A stretch of 14,271 bases of DNA, taken from NCBI GenBank assembly GCA_037381445.1, contig JARRQT010000061.1, forward strand, positions 1 to 14,271. The letters are read 5' to 3'. Each line of letters opens with the position of its first letter. Positions within the stretch are counted from its first letter, which is position 1. The stretch comes from Calditrichia bacterium (lineage in GTDB: Bacteria; Calditrichota; Calditrichia; RBG-13-44-9). Under the pieces are notes generated by a model, which worked only from the letters and a program-made list of their open reading frames with translations, had not been told where the DNA came from and searched no databases. Below, piece by piece: positions 7,866 to 14,271 of this stretch. The position numbers were made by a program, and so were the translations under genes.

Positions 7866-10487
7866 ATGCGAATTTTTATCATTATTTTGCTTCTGCTCCC
7901 TCTTCTATTCACCGGATTTCAGGGAAGCAGTGCGATAGCCGCAGATGATGTCCGGGTTATCATGTCGGTAGACAGATCGAACTATGATCTCATCAGCAAC
8001 ATGATCAACGAAGCTGGGGGTAAGGTTAATTTTGCCTACAAATATGTGGATGCCATTGCCGCCACGCTTCCGACGGACAAGGTAAACGCTTTCAATGTAC
8101 TGCCGGAAGTGAAGCGAATCGAAAAGGATGTGATGGTCAGTTTGCCGGAACCGCGGGAACATTACCGGCCTGGATTGGGCATGATCGCCGGTGTGGTGGA
8201 ATTAGGTGCGGATAATATCCAGGCAATGACCGTAAATGAGTTAAAAAGTCTTCTGGATAATGAACCCAATAATTACAGTCCTTACACCAACAATCTGACC
8301 AATGCCTTGAAATTTTCGCAAATGACCGGTCATTATGGCGAAAATGTAATTGTGGCAATCATTGACGCCGGCGTCTCCAGCGCCGCCCGCGCGGTAAACA
8401 GCCGGATTGTGGGAGCTGAAAATTTCTCGGGAGACGGCATTCCCGGCGACAGCCCGCTCAACGGCTCCCACGGCACCTGGGTGGCATGCTGTGTGGGCGC
8501 CAACGCCATATTTGGTTTCAGTAATCCGGCCATTCAGAACGCCGTAAAACAGTATGCTCCCAATTCCGTGCTCCCGGATTATTTTGGGGGAGGAATTGAC
8601 GGCATTCCCATGGTCGGGCAGGCTCCCCAGGCGCTGTTCTATTCCCTGAAAGTTTTTCCTTATAACAGCGGATCGGCGCCCCGTAGCGTCATCGGCGCGG
8701 CGTTTGAACGGGCCGTTGAGCTGAAGCAGATGTATAATGAAGGCGATCCCGATGGTGTCAACATCCGCATAGTGAATATGAGCCTGGGCGGTCCGGAACT
8801 GTTTGCGGGCAATGATCCCATCTATTCGCCCCTGGTAAAAATGGCCCATGAGGCGGGCATTGTGGTCGTAACCTCCGCCGGTAACAACGGCCCCAGCAGT
8901 ATGACCATCGGCGATCCCGGCGACTCCAAAAATATTTTAACCGTCGGAGCCACCAGCGACGCCGTCCATGAGCGGATTGTGGCACAAATCTTTTATGTGC
9001 CCTCCATTCCCAACGGCGGTTTCCTGTGGAGACCCATTGATAACAACCAGGTGGCCGATTACAGCTCCCGCGGACCCAATGCGGACGGCCGTTCCGATCC
9101 CGATATCGTGGCGCCGGGAACCTGGCGCTATGCCCAAAGCGCCAACGGATCCACAATCAGTTGGGTGTCCGGCACTTCCTTCTCCGCACCCACCGTGGCC
9201 GGCGCGGCGGCGCTGCTGATTTCCGCCTATCCCAATGCCACGCCGGACCAGATCCGGGCCGCTCTGCTGAACGGCGCCAATCCCTGGGCCGTGGACGGCA
9301 GACCCGGAAAGCAGGACCAGGGGTTTGGTTTCCTGGATGTGGCAAGAGCCTATGCGCGTTTCGGAAGCTGGAATCCCTGGGACATCGGCCTGCAGACGCC
9401 TCTCGTCAGGATTAACGTTGCCCTATCGGGTATCCGCGTGATCGATTCTGACAACTTCTCCGGGAGCACCGGCTGGCTGCTTCCCGGGCAGCGAAAAGAA
9501 TTCGTTATTCAAACTACCACCCAGCCGTTGACCGGCATGACAGTCTCGGTAAATGTGACACCCATGCTGTCCCCCTCTCAGCAAAACCAGCTATTCGGTG
9601 ATGACGCCTACATCGGTATTGCCAGCGCCAAGACCTCCACCGGGGATTACCGGGCGGGCACCCCCGCTTTTGTTAAGAGCACCCAGACCTTTGAACTGAG
9701 TGAGCAGGATCTGGAATTGGGTCTCACCCGGATTACGATTCAGGGAGACTGGACCAACGCTGGTCTAATCAAAGCGGATGTGCAGATCACCAAAAACACC
9801 TCCCTGCCGGGGCTGTTCCCGGTCGGAAACGGGAAACTGGCGGAGGGTCAGAATGCCGTTTACACCGTGGACGTTCCCGAAGACCTGCCGCAGGCCAAAT
9901 TTACCCTGGGCTGGCTGCGCGGCTGGGAGGCCTGGCCCACCAATGACCTGGATCTGTATGTAATTGATCCGCAGGGCAATATGATTATTGAAGACAACGA
10001 CGGGGACGGCGACCCCGACGGCCTGTCGCTGGATGACCCGGAAAGAGTAATCGTGCAAAGTCCCATGCCGGGGACCTGGACTTTGATCGTTGACGGCTAT
10101 ACGGTCTGGAACAGCAGCGCTGACTACATCCTGTTCAGCAATGTGACCATGCCGTTCCTGCCCAAAACCGATGCTGAGGTTGCCAGCGCCGTCCTTTCTC
10201 AAATCCCGGACAAATTTGCCCTTTCCCAGAACTATCCCAACCCGTTTAATCCCACGACTTCCATCAAATACCAGCTTCCCGAACAGTCCCATGTCTCGCT
10301 GCAAATCTATAATATCCAGGGACAACTGGTGCGCACCATCACCGATGGCGTGGAAGAAGCCGGTTACTACACGGCTAACTGGGACGGACGCAATGATGCC
10401 AGCACCATGATGCCCAGCGGCACCTACATCTATGTGATAAAGACCGAGAAATTCACCCAGGCGCACAAGATGATTCTGCTGAAATAA
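7866..10487 (+). CDS. Secreted S8 subtilisin-like serine peptidase with propeptide, PPC-like domain(s) and FlgD-Ig/T9SS-type C-terminal sorting domain (873 aa)
   Basis: ATG 7866 follows SD CAGGAG and begins a signal peptide (MRIFIIILLLLPLLF). Triad IIDAG (Asp 8364), SHGTWVA (His 8469), GTSFSAP (Ser 9177); oxyanion SAGNNG; DLDLYVIDPQG..PERV..PGTW; C-terminal QNYPNPFNPTTSIKYQLP..IYNIQGQLVRT..WDG..SGTY..KMILLK. Confidence 0.95.
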   Translation: MRIFIIILLLLPLLFTGFQGSSAIAADDVRVIMSVDRSNYDLISNMINEAGGKVNFAYKYVDAIAATLPTDKVNAFNVLPEVKRIEKDVMVSLPEPREHYRPGLGMIAGVVELGADNIQAMTVNELKSLLDNEPNNYSPYTNNLTNALKFSQMTGHYGENVIVAIIDAGVSSAARAVNSRIVGAENFSGDGIPGDSPLNGSHGTWVACCVGANAIFGFSNPAIQNAVKQYAPNSVLPDYFGGGIDGIPMVGQAPQALFYSLKVFPYNSGSAPRSVIGAAFERAVELKQMYNEGDPDGVNIRIVNMSLGGPELFAGNDPIYSPLVKMAHEAGIVVVTSAGNNGPSSMTIGDPGDSKNILTVGATSDAVHERIVAQIFYVPSIPNGGFLWRPIDNNQVADYSSRGPNADGRSDPDIVAPGTWRYAQSANGSTISWVSGTSFSAPTVAGAAALLISAYPNATPDQIRAALLNGANPWAVDGRPGKQDQGFGFLDVARAYARFGSWNPWDIGLQTPLVRINVALSGIRVIDSDNFSGSTGWLLPGQRKEFVIQTTTQPLTGMTVSVNVTPMLSPSQQNQLFGDDAYIGIASAKTSTGDYRAGTPAFVKSTQTFELSEQDLELGLTRITIQGDWTNAGLIKADVQITKNTSLPGLFPVGNGKLAEGQNAVYTVDVPEDLPQAKFTLGWLRGWEAWPTNDLDLYVIDPQGNMIIEDNDGDGDPDGLSLDDPERVIVQSPMPGTWTLIVDGYTVWNSSADYILFSNVTMPFLPKTDAEVASAVLSQIPDKFALSQNYPNPFNPTTSIKYQLPEQSHVSLQIYNIQGQLVRTITDGVEEAGYYTANWDGRNDASTMMPSGTYIYVIKTEKFTQAHKMILLK

Positions 10488-10536
10488 TCAATCATCCTGC
10501 TTCCATTTACCAGGATTAGTAATTGTCTGAGATTGA

Positions 10537-10582
10537 AAATCCCCTGCCAAAAAAATATAATTCCGGGCAGGGGATTTATTTT
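10537..10582. terminator. Bidirectional Rho-independent terminator between convergent genes
   Basis: Perfect 12-bp stem AAATCCCCTGCC (10537-10548) / GGCAGGGGATTT (10566-10577), A-rich on the left and T-rich on the right. Confidence 0.8.
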
Positions 10583-10597
10583 GTTGGATAACTATGT

Positions 10598-12451
10598 CTA
10601 ATGCAGTTCAGCCGGGACCGGGGAGAGATTTTCAATTTCCGAAATCAGAATATCCAGAATTTGCCAATCCGCATCCAGGGCGCTGAGAATATCGTATTTC
10701 GCATCCTGGAAGCGGTCTTTCAGATTGCTGAAAAGACCGTAATAATAGTCAATCCCTTCTTTCAGGTTCTTCACAAAAGTCAGCAGGTAGTTTTCCTGTT
10801 TTTCTGACATGGATGTCCTGGTTTCCTCTATTTTGTTTTTCAGATAATCAATATAAATGTTCAGTTCCTTGATGAACATATTGGGGCGGTCGGTCCGGGT
10901 AATGACATTCGCCCTGCCGTAAATGTGGTCGGTGATTTCCTGCAGGCTCATTATTTTTGAAAAATAGGCCATATTCGGCCCCGGGCAGACGGAAACGCCC
11001 TCCCCCTCGGCCCTCGTATCCAGCTTGTTTGCCAGCAGAGCGGAGGTCCCCAAACCGACGCAGATGCAGGATTTCTCCACAATTTTATCATACCGGGCCT
11101 GATACTCATCCGGCGGCAGATTTTCTTTCTCCAGTTGCTTCAATTTCAGGTATTGGTACTGCCGTGAAGCGGTACAGATGCTCTTTTCAGTAAACTCCGT
11201 ATTATTCAGTTCCACATATTTTTTGGGACAGGAACTGCCGGGTTTCCCTTTGGCAATTAAATTGAATTTTTCAAGGTCCTTCGAATTTCCCCTCAGATTA
11301 TTGAACGGAACGCCCAGGGGCGAAATGCCGCTTAAATACAGGTCATCCTCCTTGGCATCCGCCAGTTTATTTAGAGTGGATTCTTCCACCGCGGTTACTT
11401 CGGGTACCAAAAGAAAGGGAGTGCCCCAGCCGACGGAATCAACCTGGTAGTGCTCGAGGAGAAACTGGTGCTCTTCGGCGGTCCCGACACCGCCCTGGGC
11501 GGTAATGCGCAGCGGCAGAGCTTCCCGCGGGACATGGCGGTTTTTGGCTGCCAGTGCCTTCACCAGGATTTCATAAAGTGCCTTAATCAGCTCGGCGCGC
11601 TTGTCCCGGAATTCAGCCAGTATGGGGCCCATCAGGTAGCCGTCGGTTGCAAAGGCATGGCCGCCGCAGTTGAGCCCCGATTCAATCCGGAACTCGGAAA
11701 CCCACAATCCTTTTTTGGCCAGAAATTTACCCTGGATCAGGGCCGAGCGGTAATCGCTGACCTTCAGAACAATCTTCTTTTTTATCTCTCCGTCTGCATC
11801 GGGATAGAAATCATCGAACTGCCCCAGGTAGCCGTACAGCCCCGGATTCATCCCCGCCGAAAGCACGATGGAAGAATTCAGATCGCTGTTTGCATAGCCC
11901 CGCAGGGCGGCGTGAGCATCGTTGTATTCCGCGGGCAGTTTTTCGCCTTTGCGGTAGTTGACCTTGTCCACCTTGGTCATGATATTGACATCGATACTGC
12001 CCATGGACAGTTTCTCTTTCATCCAGTTCCTGATTTCATCGGGATTAAAATATTTCGCGGTGCGGCGCCTGAATTCCCGTTTCAGGGCTGAACCTTCCGG
12101 CAGCATACTGAAATATGCCTTGAGTTCGTCGCTGCTGTCGGCGGGAGCATTTTTCAGCGCCTCGAACTTCTGTTCCGCCAGGCTTTTCATTAAGTTCAGA
12201 TATGCGGTTATCCGCTTTGCCCGGTAATCTTCCGTTTTTTCGGTTATCTCCTCATAAGGAAGCCCGTATTTTTCGCAGTACATCTTTCTGAGCTTTTCCA
12301 GAAGAATGTCATCGACCAGGGAAATGACGGAATCGATGCCATATTGGGCGACCTTCAGCGGCGTCTCAATGGTAAAACCGATCCCCATGACCGGAATGTG
12401 AAATGAATGTGCATTTGTCATATTACCATTACTTTCCATATTGTTGTTCAT
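10598..12451 (-). CDS. Conserved hypothetical protein, probable FMN-binding TIM-barrel (nitronate monooxygenase/FabK-like) with Cys-rich insert
   Basis: 617-aa ORF with typical coding composition. IPVMG, VLSAG, IESGLNCGGH, ITAQGGVG and VGWGTPFL fall in the order of the NMO/FabK motifs (P.M, ..aG, EG..aGGH, aAGGI, GT.F). Start uncertain (12451, 12439 or 12421). Confidence 0.75.
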   Translation of the reverse strand: MNNNMESNGNMTNAHSFHIPVMGIGFTIETPLKVAQYGIDSVISLVDDILLEKLRKMYCEKYGLPYEEITEKTEDYRAKRITAYLNLMKSLAEQKFEALKNAPADSSDELKAYFSMLPEGSALKREFRRRTAKYFNPDEIRNWMKEKLSMGSIDVNIMTKVDKVNYRKGEKLPAEYNDAHAALRGYANSDLNSSIVLSAGMNPGLYGYLGQFDDFYPDADGEIKKKIVLKVSDYRSALIQGKFLAKKGLWVSEFRIESGLNCGGHAFATDGYLMGPILAEFRDKRAELIKALYEILVKALAAKNRHVPREALPLRITAQGGVGTAEEHQFLLEHYQVDSVGWGTPFLLVPEVTAVEESTLNKLADAKEDDLYLSGISPLGVPFNNLRGNSKDLEKFNLIAKGKPGSSCPKKYVELNNTEFTEKSICTASRQYQYLKLKQLEKENLPPDEYQARYDKIVEKSCICVGLGTSALLANKLDTRAEGEGVSVCPGPNMAYFSKIMSLQEITDHIYGRANVITRTDRPNMFIKELNIYIDYLKNKIEETRTSMSEKQENYLLTFVKNLKEGIDYYYGLFSNLKDRFQDAKYDILSALDADWQILDILISEIENLSPVPAELH

Positions 12452-12506
12452 ACCTGCCCCTATGCCCGGCAGCCTCCGGGTTGGATGATCAGGTATAAAA
12501 ATGAAT

Positions 12507-12929
12507 TTATTGCGTGGTGTCTTCCCACTGCATAAAAGAAATCAGCCACCGCTTCCCGTCATTTATAAAGTGGATTAAATTAACTCCCTGTTTCAGGGGC
12601 GTGTTCCCATTTAAATTATTTTTTGCTCTGTACTCCGTACAGGCATGGGCCAGGTGATTGACGATTTCAATCCGGTAGTTTTCCCCGAATTCATAAAAAT
12701 CATTTACCCGCAGGAAGGATTGAAGGCGGTTAATGTATTCTTCAACCGTAAAAGAACGGCTGACGATTCCCTCCGGCAGCGCTTTCAACGGCAGCAGGCG
12801 GGCGTCCTGCACAAACAGCGCGCGGAATAATTCCCAGTCCCTTGGCTGATCTTTGCTGCCGGAAATGATTTTATAAAATGAGTCAATGAGATCTGCGATT
12901 TCCTTTTCGGCTGTCATATAAAAATCCAT
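12507..12929 (-). CDS. NTF2-like / SnoaL-like fold small protein
   Basis: 140 aa; LIDSFYKIISG..RDWELFRALFVQDARL..GVNLIHFINDGKRWLI..W fits the NTF2-like pattern. AGGA 7 nt upstream of the ATG. Confidence 0.75.
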   Translation of the reverse strand: MDFYMTAEKEIADLIDSFYKIISGSKDQPRDWELFRALFVQDARLLPLKALPEGIVSRSFTVEEYINRLQSFLRVNDFYEFGENYRIEIVNHLAHACTEYRAKNNLNGNTPLKQGVNLIHFINDGKRWLISFMQWEDTTQ

Positions 12930-13171
12930 TTGATGTTCCTGCGGCTCCCGTTTACTGTGCGTATCCTGTTTATTTGATTAATATAGGCAGATAATCGCAA
13001 TTCCGTACGCATTTTTTTGCCTATTTGCAGAAAACCGTAACGGAGTGTTTTTTAAAACTGCCCTGCGGCGGATGTGGGATTCGCACCGGAAACAAAATGA
13101 ACGGATGCCTGGATGGGTCGAAGATTTTTCCCGGATGAACAAAATTCTGTTTTCAGTCACGGGCGCGGGTG

Positions 13172-13918
13172 CTATTTATTTTTTCCCTTGTTCCTCACAT
13201 AAATCAGCTTGAATCGTCCCTTGGGGCTCTCGCGCTGTTCAATCTCGAATTTCCGGGTCGATTTAATCAGCGGCGTTAATTTCTGGAAGCCGTAGTTGCG
13301 GGAATCGAAATTAGGCTGTTTTTTCTGCAGCAGGTTTCCCACATCTCCCAGGTAGGCCCAGCCGTCATCATCCGCCAGATCGGATATGGTCGATGAAATC
13401 AGTCTGATCACCTTGGGCGTTATCTTGTCCACGCTGCTTTTTTTGCGGGATTTGCTGGGGGCCGATTCCGATTCGTTCTCCCCGGACTGGTCCTTGAGAA
13501 TTTCAATATAAATAAAGCGGTCGCAGGCCACAATAAAGGGTTCCGGCGTTTTTTTCTCGCCGATGCCGATCACATTCATCCCGGCTTCGCGCAGCCGGGT
13601 GGCCAGCCGGGTAAAATCGCTGTCGCTGGAGACCAGGCAGAAGCCGTTGACCTGTCCCGAATAGAGAATATCCATGGCATCAATAATCATCGCGGAATCG
13701 GTGGCGTTTTTTCCCGAGGTGTAGCCGTACTGCTGAATGGGCGTTATGGCATTCTCCAGCAGGACATTTTTCCATTTTGAAAGGTTGGGAGTTGTCCAGT
13801 CGCCGTAGATTCTTTTAATGGTGGGATTGCCGTACTTGGCGATCTCCTCCATCATCGCTTTCACATACGCGGAAGGTATATTATCGCCGTCTATCAATAC
13901 TGCCAGTTTTAGATCCAT
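13172..13918 (-). CDS. NYN (LabA/DUF88, PIN-like) domain protein with C-terminal OST-HTH/LOTUS domain
   Basis: VLIDGDN, RIYGDW, GKNATDSAMIIDAMD, LVSSDSDF acidic motifs; C-terminal GWAYLGDVG..FDSRNYGFQKLTPLI. Confidence 0.93.
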   Translation of the reverse strand: MDLKLAVLIDGDNIPSAYVKAMMEEIAKYGNPTIKRIYGDWTTPNLSKWKNVLLENAITPIQQYGYTSGKNATDSAMIIDAMDILYSGQVNGFCLVSSDSDFTRLATRLREAGMNVIGIGEKKTPEPFIVACDRFIYIEILKDQSGENESESAPSKSRKKSSVDKITPKVIRLISSTISDLADDDGWAYLGDVGNLLQKKQPNFDSRNYGFQKLTPLIKSTRKFEIEQRESPKGRFKLIYVRNKGKNK

Positions 13919-13994
13919 GAAATTGCCCTGCCGTTTTTTTCAGGGAATATACGGACAAATCCGCACAAAAGAAAGCCTGACGCCCTGCACCTGC

Positions 13995-14146
13995 GTGGTG
14001 AGCTGTCACGCTGAGCTGTCACTCTGAGCTTGTCGAAGCGTGAACCCGTCGAACCGGTCATGCTGAACCTGTCGAAGCATTGTCGAAGCGTGAGCCGTCA
14101 CACTGAGCTGTCACTCTGAGCTTGTCGAAGAGTTGTCGAAGCGTGA
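13995..14146. repeat. Cluster of nested ~24-nt palindromic (REP-like) repeats, consensus GTCA-NNC-TGARCY-YGTCGAA-GNN
   Basis: Eight TGA(G/A)C left cores and six GTCGAA right cores in 152 nt; complete units at 14057-14080 and 14110-14133. Confidence 0.85.
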
Positions 14147-14240
14147 TTCACGGAGCATGCAGACCGGAAACTGGAGTCCGGAAAAGATGGCGGAGATAAA
14201 TTTTGAAAACAGTCATAAAAAATAGCGCCCTGCCTCCTAG

Positions 14241-14271
14241 GTGATGAGCTGTCACACTGAGCCCGTCGAAG
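14241..14271. repeat. Start of a second cluster of the same repeat, cut by the window end
   Basis: GTGATGAGCT followed by GTCACACTGAGCCCGTCGAAG. Confidence 0.8.

Noticed and set aside
12930..13171. Possible ncRNA or 60-aa ORF between the NYN and NTF2-like genes
   Set aside because: Only short stems (ATAGGCA/TGCCTAT) and scattered CGGATG words; no recognisable RNA family or protein signature.
14157..14225. 22-aa ORF MQTGNWSPEKMAEINFENSHKK between the repeat clusters
   Set aside because: GGAG is only 1 nt from the ATG, and there is no motif support.
13995..14271. CRISPR array
   Set aside because: Units are nested and abutting with no regular unique spacers, and no cas genes are in the window.

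Overview
Bacterial window of ordinary chromosomal genes; the YPNPFNP/FlgD-type C-terminal sorting domain suggests an FCB-superphylum or Calditrichota/KSB1-like host (inference only). On the + strand: a 5'-truncated DtxR/MntR-family regulator carrying two FeoA domains, a FeoB split into GTPase and membrane ORFs (the latter with a +1 frameshift), a remnant of an SRPBCC-like gene, an S46 dipeptidyl peptidase, a YbjT-like SDR-DUF2867 protein, and a secreted S8 subtilase behind a long leader. On the - strand, converging on a shared terminator: a NYN-LOTUS protein, an NTF2-like protein and a 617-aa probable FMN TIM-barrel enzyme with a Cys cluster. The right end holds a cluster of ~24-nt palindromic repeats that appear inserted into one another at a fixed position, the most unusual non-coding signal here. 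No rRNA, tRNA, CRISPR array or transposase was seen. All family calls come from motif recognition by eye, not database searches.
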